Shown one piece after another: positions 18,785 through 28,451 of a stretch of 64,000 nucleotides of DNA. The position numbers and the translations under genes are program-made. Under the pieces are notes generated by a model. That model saw only the letters and a program-made list of their open reading frames with translations, ran no database searches and was not told the origin of the DNA. Within the stretch, counting starts at the first letter, position 1. Each line of letters starts with the position of its first letter. Source of the DNA: a virus (lineage: Duplodnaviria > Heunggongvirae > Uroviricota > Caudoviricetes); IMG/VR virus record IMGVR_UViG_3300043172_001414; one strand, written 5' to 3'.

Positions 18785-18940
18785 AAAAAAATAAGTAGTG
18801 ATGCAATTAATAGTTACTTCGCAATAGGTGCTTCGGGTCGGTGGTTCGAATCCTCCTCCCTCGATAACGACGAGGGGTAGCTCAGTTTGGTAGAGCAGAA
18901 GAAAGATTCACTATAAATGGTTCTTTCCTACTTATTTTTT
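18785..18940 (+). ncRNA. YrlA-like Y RNA unit 3
   Basis: Stem AAAAAATAAGTAG/CTACTTATTTTTT; GATGCAA...TACTTCG; GGTTCGAATCC; CCCTCG/CGAGGG; TAGCTCAGTTTGGTAGAGC. Confidence 0.85.
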
Positions 18941-18947
18941 ACACTTT

Positions 18948-19101
18948 AAAAAACTGTGGTGTTGCAAGTTAAAGTTACTTCGCTATTAACGACGTGGTCG
19001 GATGTTCGAATCATTCACTCCCTGTATAACTAACCAAAGGGAGTTAGCTCAGCTGGAAGAGCACGTAAATCTCTCTAACTGATTTTTACCCACAGTTTTT
19101 T
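18948..19101 (+). ncRNA. YrlA-like Y RNA unit 4
   Basis: Stem AAAAACTGTGG/CCACAGTTTTT; GTTGCAAG...TACTTCG; GTTCGAATC; ACTCCCT/AGGGAGT; TAGCTCAGCTGGAAGAGC. Confidence 0.85.
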
Positions 19102-19108
19102 TGTTCTT

Positions 19109-19251
19109 AAATATGGCGCTGCAGATAAGAGTTACTTCGCATGCCAAGCCGGAAATACGGGTTCGAATCCCGTGCGCTCCTAAATAGGGGGGTTCGTCTA
19201 ACTGGATAGGACTCCGTAATAGATACTCTTTTTGTTTCTTGCCCATATTTT
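19109..19251 (+). ncRNA. YrlA-like Y RNA unit 5
   Basis: Stem AAATATGG/CCATATTT; GCTGCAG...TACTTCG; T arm ACGGG-TTCGAAT-CCCGT; D arm GTCTAACTGGATAGGAC. Confidence 0.82.
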
Positions 19252-19260
19252 TTGATTGAA

Positions 19261-19318
19261 AATCCTGGCTTGCAGTGAAATCTTCTCTAGCCGTTAAGAC
19301 TAACTGCTCCCAGGTTTT
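19261..19318 (+). ncRNA. Minimal Y RNA-like unit 6
   Basis: CCTGG/CCAGG stem with TTGCAGT...ACTGC; lacks TACTTCG and the tRNA module. Confidence 0.5.
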
Positions 19319-19323
19319 GATAT

Positions 19324-19437
19324 TAATCAGCACTGCAGTACGCAAATACTTCGGATAATAATTCAGCAGCAAGCGGAATTTATTAGGTTCAAACCCTAAA
19401 TAAAAACAAATCTTTGCGTATGTCTCTCGTCTGATTA
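19324..19437 (+). ncRNA. Y RNA-like unit 7 (T-arm only)
   Basis: TAATCAG/CTGATTA; ACTGCAG, TACGCAAA/TTTGCGTA, TACTTCG; TAGG-TTCAAAC-CCTA. Confidence 0.65.
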
Positions 19438-19439
19438 TA

Positions 19440-19465
19440 GGCTCCCTAATGGGGAGCCATTTTTA
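19440..19465 (+). terminator. Terminator closing the Y RNA array
   Basis: GGCTCCC-TAATG-GGGAGCC then ATTTTT. Confidence 0.8.
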
Positions 19466-19597
19466 TTTCCCCATTTTATACATTTAAACTAAAGTAATAT
19501 AAATTGTTATATTATTTAAAAAAGTATTGACTGATATTATTTTAATACTTATTATGTATACATCAATCGGACAAAATAATAATTAACAGGAGTTACA

Positions 19598-20248
19598 ATG
19601 GCAGTTATCAATCTTACAAAAGGTCAAAAGATTAACCTATCTAAAGACCATGCATCACTTAAAAAACTTGAAGTCGGAATGGGCTGGCAGGAAAGTAAAG
19701 GTTCTTCAATAGACCTTGATACTTCAGTTATAATGTTTGCCGGAAACACCGTTAAAGAAGTAGTTTCTTTTAGTAACCTTAATAGTAGAGACGGGTCTAT
19801 ACATCACCATGGTGATGATCTGACAGGTGGTGGCAGTGCAAACAAACCTAATGAGATCATCGACGTTACACTAGCTAAAGTTTCTTCGGATATCGACAAA
19901 CTTGGTTTCATTTTAAACATCTACGGATGTGCAAGTAGCAAGCAGACTTTCGGCAATCTTAAAAACTCTTGGGTTGCATTATACGATGCAGACACTAAAG
20001 TAGAACTTGCTCGTTTCAAACTCGATACTGATGATCAGCTTTCTGACAAAACTGCAATGATCATTGGTGAAGTTTACCGCCATAACGGTGAGTGGAAATT
20101 TAACTCTCTCGGTCAGGCAACATATGACAAATCAATAGCTGATGTTAAAAACAACTGGGGATCTCCTGTTTCTGAAAGACCACGTACAGCACAATCTACT
20201 GGCGGTGGTACAGGATTCCTCGGTAGACTTCGTGGTCTCATAAGCTAA
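19598..20248 (+). CDS. TerD/TerZ-family stress protein with C-terminal extension
   Basis: INLTKGQKINL, GMGW, DLDTS, HHGDDLTGG, GEVYRHNGEWKF. Confidence 0.9.
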   Translation: MAVINLTKGQKINLSKDHASLKKLEVGMGWQESKGSSIDLDTSVIMFAGNTVKEVVSFSNLNSRDGSIHHHGDDLTGGGSANKPNEIIDVTLAKVSSDIDKLGFILNIYGCASSKQTFGNLKNSWVALYDADTKVELARFKLDTDDQLSDKTAMIIGEVYRHNGEWKFNSLGQATYDKSIADVKNNWGSPVSERPRTAQSTGGGTGFLGRLRGLIS

Positions 20249-20316
20249 TCAAAATTTTATAACCTACACGGGGCAGGGTTTAATATGTCCCATAACGAAA
20301 GAAAAGGATTAACATA

Positions 20317-20847
20317 ATGTTACAAAAATTAAAAACAGATATTCTTGCAGATGGCAAAATTGACGCTGATGAAGTAGTACAACTCAGAACTGCTATTTAT
20401 GAAGATGGAAAAATTGACAAAGAAGAAGCTGACTTGTTGTTCGCATTGAATGATGCAGTTTCTGTAAGCGGTTCATTTGACCCAACTTTTACAACTCTTT
20501 TCGTAGAAGCTATTTCTGACTACGTTCTCGCTGACGAAGCAACACCTGGTGTTGTTGATGCAATCGAAGCTAAGTACCTTGTAGACCAGATCTCTGGTGA
20601 TGGTGCTATGGATGAAAACGAACAACTTCTTCTTAAGAACATCAAAGCTAAAGCAACTTCAATTGATTCAGCTCTTGACGAACTTTATAGCCTTCTTCCT
20701 GTTGAAGAAGTAGCAGCAGCAACAGAAGCAGCTCCTGTAGTAGCAGAAACTGAAGTGACTCCTGTAGCTGAAACTGAAGTAGCACCTGTAGCTGAAACTG
20801 AAGTGACTCCTGTAGCAGAAACACCAGCTCCTGAAGCAGAAGCTTAA
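20317..20847 (+). CDS. TerB-family protein with repetitive tail
   Basis: DILADGKIDADEV...DGKIDKEEADLLFALND; located between two TerD-family genes. Confidence 0.75.
   Translation: MLQKLKTDILADGKIDADEVVQLRTAIYEDGKIDKEEADLLFALNDAVSVSGSFDPTFTTLFVEAISDYVLADEATPGVVDAIEAKYLVDQISGDGAMDENEQLLLKNIKAKATSIDSALDELYSLLPVEEVAAATEAAPVVAETEVTPVAETEVAPVAETEVTPVAETPAPEAEA
20734..20829 (+). repeat. 24-bp tandem repeat encoding PVAETEV(T/A)
   Basis: CCTGTAGCTGAAACTGAAGT units at 20761 and 20785, with degenerate copies at 20734 and 20809. Confidence 0.9.
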
Positions 20848-20880
20848 TAATTAAGTTACTTAACTAATTAAATAAACCAT

Positions 20881-20913
20881 TATTCGGGATTTGCAAAATG
20901 TAAATCCCGAATA
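20881..20913. other. Intergenic hairpin inside the ter cluster
   Basis: TATTCGGGATTT/AAATCCCGAATA 12-bp arms. Confidence 0.6.
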
Positions 20914-20931
20914 TCTTTTAAAAGGAACAGT

Positions 20932-21513
20932 ATGGCTGTTATCAAATTGTCCAAAGGACAAAAAATTAATCTTACTAAAGATGCTCCTGAAATGACAGAA
21001 TTTCAAGTAGCTCTTGGATGGAACCCTTCAGAGCAACCTGGTGTAGACTTCGATCTCGACGTATCTGCATACATGATTGGGTCTGACGGCAAAGTAGTAC
21101 CTAACGAAAGCTTCGTTTACTACGGAAACCTCAAATCATTATGTGAGTCTGTTGTTCATTCAGGCGACAACCTTACTGGTGATGGTGATGGTGATGATGA
21201 AGTTATCACTGTAGACCTTACTAAAGTTCCTGCAAATATCGAAAAAATTGCTTTCATTACTACAATTCATGAAGCAGCTTCTCGTAGTCAGAACTTCGGT
21301 CAAGTTAGTGATGCGTATGTTCGTCTCGTTAACAAATCAAACGGTGAAGAAAAATTCAAATTTGATCTTTCAGAAGATCACTCAGTTGGAATTTCACTTC
21401 TTGTTTGTGAACTCTATCGTCATAATGGTGATTGGAAATTCAATCCTCAAGGACAGTCAAGCGATAAAGATCTCGGTGCAATCTGCAGCGATTTCGGTCT
21501 TGATGCAGCTTAA
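20932..21513 (+). CDS. terD: TerD family protein
   Basis: LSKGQKINLTK, LGW, FDLDVSA, VFYYGNL-like FVYYGNL, HSGDNLTGDGDGDDE, QNFGQV, ELYRHNGDWKF. Confidence 0.93.
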   Translation: MAVIKLSKGQKINLTKDAPEMTEFQVALGWNPSEQPGVDFDLDVSAYMIGSDGKVVPNESFVYYGNLKSLCESVVHSGDNLTGDGDGDDEVITVDLTKVPANIEKIAFITTIHEAASRSQNFGQVSDAYVRLVNKSNGEEKFKFDLSEDHSVGISLLVCELYRHNGDWKFNPQGQSSDKDLGAICSDFGLDAA

Positions 21514-21520
21514 TTGATCT

Positions 21521-21554
21521 GGTGTAGTGGTGGCCTTACCACTACACCTTTTTT
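21521..21554 (+). terminator. Intrinsic terminator after terD
   Basis: GGTGTAGTGGT/ACCACTACACC then T-tract. Confidence 0.9.
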
Positions 21555-21568
21555 AACAAAGGAAACCC

Positions 21569-22225
21569 ATGTCAGTACCTGTTACCAAAGAGAATGTTGA
21601 AAATGCTCGATACATAGCACGTCTTAAAAAATTAAATAATCACTGCGAAGAAAAAACAGTATGGGACTCTATAGACAGACCATTAAAGCCATTGATATAC
21701 GAACTACACAGATTAGGTCTTCAAACTAAGTTTTCATGTTGTGGATTTTCATACGAACCAAAAGAAGGTGAAGAACCTAAATCGCATTCGACTAAAAAAT
21801 GTTATGTCATGCTTCACACACCTAATAATCCAAGCACAATGCAATCCTTTATAAGGATAACTGCAATCGCCAAGCAACTAGGTTGGCGAGTACACATGGC
21901 ATTCCCAAACGTTTGGGAAATTTATATTAATAACAGCATGTTAGGATTTTATGAAGAGTGTGATCATTTAGAAGAAAGTATTCATGACTATGAAACATAT
22001 GCAATATGTATTTTTGAATTAGTAAAACAACTACATGCATTAGACACAGTATCTAAAGACGTAGTTATACAAGATGGTAATAGAACATACGGACTCGTTG
22101 ACGAATGGCAAATCAAACCTAAATTATCATGCAAAATAGAGTTTGACAGTACAACAGATGAATACACAATTACCTCATTATCAACTCAACAACTAAAAGA
22201 TTTTTACAATAAGGAAAACGATTAA
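21569..22225 (+). CDS. Hypothetical protein
   Basis: IDRPLKPLI..L...GLQTKFSCCG pattern; SD present. Confidence 0.6.
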   Translation: MSVPVTKENVENARYIARLKKLNNHCEEKTVWDSIDRPLKPLIYELHRLGLQTKFSCCGFSYEPKEGEEPKSHSTKKCYVMLHTPNNPSTMQSFIRITAIAKQLGWRVHMAFPNVWEIYINNSMLGFYEECDHLEESIHDYETYAICIFELVKQLHALDTVSKDVVIQDGNRTYGLVDEWQIKPKLSCKIEFDSTTDEYTITSLSTQQLKDFYNKEND

Positions 22226-23280
22226 TGATATTTTTATGGTTAAGTTTAGTAGTAGTCGGATGTATCTGGATAATGAAGTCATGCGACCCATTTGAAGAGG
22301 CTTCAAGCTATCTTGGAAGAAACCTCGGCCCAGGTATTAAAGGGGCATCAATCAACGCTATAGGCAGCTCTATGCCTGAATTATGGACTGCATGTCTATT
22401 CTTATTCTATTTTACAACTACTGATGGTAGTAGTGAATTTTCAGCAGGTATTGCAACAACTGCAGGTTCAGCAGTGTTTAATGCATTTATTATCCCTGGT
22501 CTAGTTATTATTACAGCATTAAAAATGCTACCTACCCTCAAAGGTATATCAATTAGTAAAACCGTTATAATAAGAGATGGATTCTTTTTCTTACTCGCAG
22601 AACTAGCCCTTATTCTTCTCCTTAAAGACGGTGAACTAAAGTGGTGGATGGGAGCAATACTAATCGGTATATACTTCATGTACGCAATAACATTGTTTGT
22701 CCATAATAAAATATCTAAAACTGAAGTAGATGATGAAGATGAAGAAGATTTTGATGGCATGACTACAAGTAAAGCATGGCTAACCCTTTGCTTATCTACA
22801 GTATTAATAGGTATTGGATGTTTTATTATGTCATACTCGGTAGTCGAAATAGCTAAAATTTGGGAGATCTCTACGTTCTTTATAGCCGTTATAATTGCTG
22901 CAGCTGCAACAAGTGTACCTGACACTATAATCAGCATGAAGGATGCTAAGAAAGGAAATTATGATGATGCTGTAAGTAATGCTGTTGGATCAAATATCTT
23001 TGACATATGTATATGTCTTGGAGTACCATTGTTAGTGTATACTTTAGTTTACGAGCCAGTTATTAAAATTGATGTAGGTGTCACAGAGTTACGCATACTT
23101 TTACTAGGTATGACTGCAGTTTTATTATTCATATTTCTTTCGTTAAAAAAGTTAGGTTATAAAACTGCAGTTGTCCTTCTTTCACTCTATGCACTTTATG
23201 CATTCTACACGTTATCTCGTGGCAAAGGTGTTGCATGGGCAAATGAAGTAGGAACAGTTATCCTGGGCATACTTAACTAG
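22225..23280 (+). CDS. Ca2+/Na+ (CaCA, YrbG-like) exchanger
   Basis: Alpha repeats AIGSSMPE...GSAVFN and AAATSVPD...GSNIFDI; about 10 TM segments; acidic central loop. Confidence 0.9.
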   Translation: MIFLWLSLVVVGCIWIMKSCDPFEEASSYLGRNLGPGIKGASINAIGSSMPELWTACLFLFYFTTTDGSSEFSAGIATTAGSAVFNAFIIPGLVIITALKMLPTLKGISISKTVIIRDGFFFLLAELALILLLKDGELKWWMGAILIGIYFMYAITLFVHNKISKTEVDDEDEEDFDGMTTSKAWLTLCLSTVLIGIGCFIMSYSVVEIAKIWEISTFFIAVIIAAAATSVPDTIISMKDAKKGNYDDAVSNAVGSNIFDICICLGVPLLVYTLVYEPVIKIDVGVTELRILLLGMTAVLLFIFLSLKKLGYKTAVVLLSLYALYAFYTLSRGKGVAWANEVGTVILGILN

Positions 23281-24072
23281 ATGTCCGTATATGAAGGCCG
23301 TACACCTAATAATAAGGCAGTGTACTTCGGCCACGATCCCGAAGATGGATGGAGAGTGGTTATCATTAAAGAATGTGGAGAGGTTGTAGTAGACCTTTCC
23401 ACTTCTAAAGATCAACTCACAAACACTCGTTTGATAAATATTCTAGAACTAAACCTCGATGAAGAACATAAACTAAAGTACCGTGTACATATGGATCTCA
23501 TTGAGAATGGCATAGACCCTCTAGAGTACGAACTATATTCATGATCAAATACCTATCAGAAAGAACCCTGTGGATCATTATCAATGATCTAAACGACCAA
23601 CTGTGTAAAGACACAGACATAACCGATATTAAGAAAAATTATATACTGAAGGAACTGAAGACTTTAGTTGTTAAGTATGAAAAAGTATTAGTATATAAAT
23701 TTAAGAATAAACTAAAAATGATTTACACAATCAAAAATAAAAAATATATTGTTATAGCACCAGAGATAAAGGATAAAGATGATCGACGTAAACCATCGAA
23801 ACCCAGAAATAACAATTCCAAGATCTCTAAAAAAGTACGGAAACAAACAAAATAAGACTCTTGGTTTATACTTAAAGGTATGCATGGAAGTATTTGGTAG
23901 CAGCTCTTCATCTGTATCATATCTTCAAGAACAGATCAAACTTGCCCCTTTAGGTGAAAAACAGCTAGTTGATGAAGATGAATCCAAGACTTTAAATTAT
24001 TTATTGCGTTTATGATAAAATATGTATACAGTTACTATTATTTTTGTTATATTATAACCACAAGGTAAATAA

Positions 24073-24495
24073 ATGAAAGGAATACATATGAAAAACGAAC
24101 TAGTGATCAATTCCAAAGAACTTAAAATGATTGAAGACTCAATTGAAGCATGGCGTGAGACTATGGAAGATCGACAGAAAGCTATGCAGATTCACGCAGA
24201 TATTTTTTGTAAAATACGTGAGAATGTTTCTAACCCAGATTTTAGCGACAATGTTAAACTTGACAATGGAGCTGAAGCAATGGTTCCAATGCAAATGATT
24301 AGAGATAATCCAGAAATAATAGACATGATGGAAAAACAGGTCAACGGCTCTATCAAGCCTTCATTGTACTACAAAGAGATTGCGTTTACAGCAATCAAAA
24401 AACTTCATAATATCAACAAATTCATAGAAGGATTTGATGAACTTCAGTTAACTAAAGTAAAAGAAGAAATAGCCGAACTAACAGAAACAAAATAA
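24073..24495 (+). CDS. Hypothetical protein
   Basis: ORF with SD. Confidence 0.55.
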   Translation: MKGIHMKNELVINSKELKMIEDSIEAWRETMEDRQKAMQIHADIFCKIRENVSNPDFSDNVKLDNGAEAMVPMQMIRDNPEIIDMMEKQVNGSIKPSLYYKEIAFTAIKKLHNINKFIEGFDELQLTKVKEEIAELTETK

Positions 24496-24579
24496 TACCC
24501 ACCCAGTTCAGTAGGTAACAGTCCCCACTTCACTCCACTTCACCTTGTTACCTACTGGACTTCTTTAAAACGGATTATC

Positions 24580-25110
24580 ATGAAATACTTAATAATAATA
24601 CTTATTTTGGCAAGTAGTGCTTTAGCTGGATCTGCATTCAGATGGTCAGAATGGAAACTAAAGTACGACAGTACATACGGAAGAACAATTAGAGATCTTG
24701 TTCTCGTTGAAAGAAGCATTCAACCTGTTACATTTTCAGATGACCGTAAGGTAATATTGGATGGGATGTGGGTTTGCGCATTCAGTGGCGACACAATATC
24801 AAACCCTTATTTGTTAGATGTTATAACATTAGTTCCAGTTATGGAAGCATGGAAATCCGGTGGTAATAAATGGTCTAAAATCAAAAAACGAGATTTCTCA
24901 AACTACTTAGAACCGTCATATCACCTGGTAGTAGTTAAGAAAAGTATGTCATATAGAAGAAAGAGTAGGGAGCCGTCTGAGTGGCTTCCATCCTTAAACA
25001 AATGTGATTATATTATTAACTGGACTAAAATCAAAAACGCATGGGGCCTTACGATGGACGTATATGAAAAGGTGAAAATAAAAGCTCTTAAGCGTAAATA
25101 TTGTAGGTAA
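24580..25110 (+). CDS. Secreted HNH-fold (DUF1524-like) protein, catalytic residues missing
   Basis: Signal peptide; aligns by eye to 25380..25925 but DH is replaced by IT and the catalytic N by Y. Confidence 0.65.
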   Translation: MKYLIIILILASSALAGSAFRWSEWKLKYDSTYGRTIRDLVLVERSIQPVTFSDDRKVILDGMWVCAFSGDTISNPYLLDVITLVPVMEAWKSGGNKWSKIKKRDFSNYLEPSYHLVVVKKSMSYRRKSREPSEWLPSLNKCDYIINWTKIKNAWGLTMDVYEKVKIKALKRKYCR

Positions 25111-25379
25111 TTATATGAAATATGAATACTGGTTTTGTACCATAGGCCCTGTTGAAAAGAGCAAGATTCCATTGGGTGGAGACTTTCCAATGCGTACAGC
25201 GGTAAAAGATGCAGTGGAGAAAATGTCAGGTGATGAAAATATTACATGTAGTAGTGGATGGGGAAGAACCGGAGAAATGGTTCATCTTATTGAAAAACTT
25301 GATTGTATGAGAATACAAGATCCTAAAAGATTTGAATTTTTGAGAAAAACAATAATGAATATGAAATATGGAGACAACA

Positions 25380-25925
25380 ATGAAAATAATACTAATACTG
25401 ATAACCTGCTACTTTAGTTTTGCTTCAGCTCAACTGAAGTATAATCGCAAAGACTTTGGTGGGTGGATCGATGCAGATAAAGATAAAATTAATACTCGTC
25501 ACGAAGTATTAATAGAAGAAAATTTAACTCCCTTAATGTTGAGAATGACTGAGAATGGTAAACGTGTGTTGTACGGTAAGTGGGTGTGCTTCTTTTCCGG
25601 TGATACAATTCTTAAAGCATCCAAACTCGATGTTGATCATGTAGTCCCACTGAAAGAAGCGTTCGTATCAGGAGCTGCAGACTGGCCTAAGAAGAAAAAG
25701 AAACAGTATGCCAACTATTTAAAAGACCCTTCACATTTAATCGCTGTTAAAGCTTCTGAGAACCGAAGGAAGGGCGCTAGAGATCCATGCAAGTATATGC
25801 CACCTATTAACAAATGTGCATACCTTGATATATGGATTAAGATTAAAACCGATTGGGATCTAATCTTTGACGATAAAGAATTCAAATGTATCATAGACCT
25901 TAGAAAAAAACACTGCGTTGAGTAA
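25380..25925 (+). CDS. Secreted HNH endonuclease (DUF1524/GmrSD-C-like)
   Basis: Signal peptide; LDVDHVVPLKEA...HLIAVKASENRRKG. Confidence 0.85.
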   Translation: MKIILILITCYFSFASAQLKYNRKDFGGWIDADKDKINTRHEVLIEENLTPLMLRMTENGKRVLYGKWVCFFSGDTILKASKLDVDHVVPLKEAFVSGAADWPKKKKKQYANYLKDPSHLIAVKASENRRKGARDPCKYMPPINKCAYLDIWIKIKTDWDLIFDDKEFKCIIDLRKKHCVE

Positions 25926-26121
25926 TTCATGAAGAAAAGAAAATTAGCCAAGATCAAATATATCTATACTAACACATCTATTGTCATTGTCAGAGGTGCT
26001 GAAAAGATAGGACATATTAAATGTTTGAATGACGGATACCAATATAAATTCAACGGGTTTGAAAAATCCGACACCTATACCACTTTACAAGCATGCAAAA
26101 TAGAAATCGAGAGATAAAATC

Positions 26122-26427
26122 ATGAAGATTGAAAAGACCCCCAACGGATTAGCAGTTATACCATTTAGAGATCAAAACTTTGTCGCATGCACTCTGCAAG
26201 AATCACATTCGAGTGGAAGATCTATAACTTTCGGGGCCGAGAGTATAGGTCTTAAAAAATTTGCACCAGGAGAAGGATGGAAAGATGTTAACCTTGACGT
26301 GTCAGCATCTGATCATTATGATGCAAATACAAAAATGCACTTAACACGAGAGCAAGTAAAATCTTTATTACCACACTTAGAACAGTTCGTACGAACAGGG
26401 GAGTTAGCCTTAAATGGATCTGATTGA
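26122..26427 (+). CDS. Hypothetical phage protein
   Basis: ORF; ends in MHLTREQVKSLLPHLEQF. Confidence 0.55.
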   Translation: MKIEKTPNGLAVIPFRDQNFVACTLQESHSSGRSITFGAESIGLKKFAPGEGWKDVNLDVSASDHYDANTKMHLTREQVKSLLPHLEQFVRTGELALNGSD

Positions 26428-27352
26428 AACAACTTATGAAAAAGAAAAACTGATTGCTAAAGAGCATTGTATCTTTAGAACCCTTACAGGTTCACGACTG
26501 TATGGAACGTTCATGGAAGACTCAGACTATGACTATAAAGGCGTAGCAATTCCACCTAAAGAATATTTCTTCGGTCTGCGTAAGTTCGAGCAGTTCGAAG
26601 ATAGAGAAACCGATAACGTAATTTATAACATTAAAAAAGCTGTCGGGCTTATGGTAAACAATAACCCCAATATGATGGACATGTTGTTTGCACCTAAAGA
26701 TTTCTGGGATATAAGTGATCCTATCTGGAACAACATTTATGATGTCAGATATATGTTCTTATCCAATCAAGTTAAGAGAACCTTTACAAGCTATGCAGCA
26801 CAACAGCTAAAGCGCATGGAGTCACACAAGTCCTGGCTTACAAAGAAACCTGCTAAACCTGAGAAACCTGAGAGTACTGACAATACTAAACAGTTCAGCA
26901 AAGCAATTCTCTCGATACCGGAAAAGTTTCTCACCACTGGTCTGCACGAACAAGTCAAGGCAGAGAAAACTTATCAGAAAGAATTAGCTGATTACAAAGC
27001 TTACAATGATCACATGGAGAAACGTAATCCCGAACGTCTTAAAACTGAAATGATTGTAGGGTACGATACTAAACACGCAATGCATATCATTAGATTGTTA
27101 AAGCAATCTAAAGAAATCTTTGAGACTGGTGAAGTTATAGTAAATCGAACTGGTATTGATGCTGACGAACTTCTTGAAATACGTCAGGGCAAATGGAAGT
27201 ATGAAACCATCATAGAACTTGCTCGTGACCTGCAGAGTGATATCGACACCCTCTATTTAACATCTCAATTTCCTGAGACCCCAGATAGACATAAAGTAGA
27301 GAAACTACTTGTAGGTGTTATGGAAGAATATTTTTATAGGGAAAAATCATAA
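26414..27352 (+). CDS. Pol-beta superfamily nucleotidyltransferase (YcgL/RlaP-like)
   Basis: GSRLYGT...SDYDYKG, NNPN..D.LF, GYDTKHAMHIIRLL. Confidence 0.88.
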   Translation: MDLIETTYEKEKLIAKEHCIFRTLTGSRLYGTFMEDSDYDYKGVAIPPKEYFFGLRKFEQFEDRETDNVIYNIKKAVGLMVNNNPNMMDMLFAPKDFWDISDPIWNNIYDVRYMFLSNQVKRTFTSYAAQQLKRMESHKSWLTKKPAKPEKPESTDNTKQFSKAILSIPEKFLTTGLHEQVKAEKTYQKELADYKAYNDHMEKRNPERLKTEMIVGYDTKHAMHIIRLLKQSKEIFETGEVIVNRTGIDADELLEIRQGKWKYETIIELARDLQSDIDTLYLTSQFPETPDRHKVEKLLVGVMEEYFYREKS

Positions 27353-27576
27353 TGGCTGAAGAAAGAACAATAGGTAACGAGTGTTATTCTTGCCAGGGAC
27401 GACGATCTGTTGCTGGTGACTGTCACTCTCAATGCGCAACACCAGACCCTGAGATGGATGGTGAACCTCATGGAAAAAAGAGTGGGTGGTTCTTTTATCC
27501 ATTTAACTTTGATCCTTGCTGGAAAACTGAATGGTGTAATAATTATATTGGAACAAAAAAAAGAGGAGCTGAATAG
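27352..27576 (+). CDS. Small Cys-rich protein
   Basis: CYSC...HSQC...FDPCW...CNNY. Confidence 0.6.
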   Translation: MAEERTIGNECYSCQGRRSVAGDCHSQCATPDPEMDGEPHGKKSGWFFYPFNFDPCWKTEWCNNYIGTKKRGAE

Positions 27577-27588
27577 CTCCTCTTTTTT
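27555..27588. terminator. Bidirectional terminator between convergent genes
   Basis: A-tract-GAGGAGCT-GAAT-AGCTCCTC-T-tract. Confidence 0.85.
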
Positions 27589-28451
27589 TATTTATTGTGT
27601 TTTGAATAAAGTTACAATCTCATCTATCTTCCGTTCACATATCTTCCATAAAATCTTCTCTCTGTGATTTTCTTTTAGAATGTTACTTAGAAGAGTGCAG
27701 AAGTCATCTTCTTGATAGTAAGGGTGATTATACATTACCAATTTCTCACAATATTCAACCTGGTATGTCTCATGATTTAACATGTTACACTCATTAAGAA
27801 ACGCAATACTCTCGGTTAAGAATTTATTATGTATGTTCAAAAAGTACTTCAGTTGTTGATTAACATCATCATAGATAGATACTGTATGCTCGACGTTAAT
27901 ATGAAACGAGTCTAATAGTTCTGGGTGCTTGCGCACAAAGTTTTCTGGGTGTAATAACTCGTATGCTATGGTGCTTGCTACAGCGTGTTGATTATTCATT
28001 AGAATATTACTCCGATTTTACATATTATTTGTTTTATTTGATCCCCGTATTGAATGTAATAAACAAATCTATTTGTGTGTGCAAATATTTTACATAACTA
28101 TCAAAAAATAAAAATAAAGAGGTTATTATATTGACTGATTTGTTATAAGTCGTTATATTATATTATTATGTAAAACATATACGTACTAAAGTACTTTATA
28201 AGGATATAAATGAAAAGTAAAATTTACACCGCAAAAATTGATTTTGAATTGAATGACAATGATGAATCTATAACACCATGTCCACACGGTAAAAAATGTG
28301 GCAGAAAAGTAATTATGGTCGCATCTGCAGACTGTGAGCGCTGTGAAGATAATTTGGAACACTTGGGACTAGCTATATCAAAAGAGCATGTGACTTGTTC
28401 AGAAGTCCCGTACTCAGCAGCTATGATTACAGCACAAGTTGGCGCACACTA

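Noticed and set aside
18660-19220. Ordinary tRNA genes suggested by GGTTCGAATCC and TAGCTCAG motifs
   Set aside because: The T arm precedes the D arm and there is no anticodon arm
19049-19372. 107-aa ORF on the - strand
   Set aside because: Antisense to structured Y RNA units, no SD or recognisable domain; shadow ORF
18506-19437. CRISPR array suggested by recurring GTTACTTCG with variable intervening sequence
   Set aside because: The shared words are under 10 nt, unit lengths vary widely, no cas genes are present, and the interiors are tRNA-like arms. Better explained as Y RNAs.
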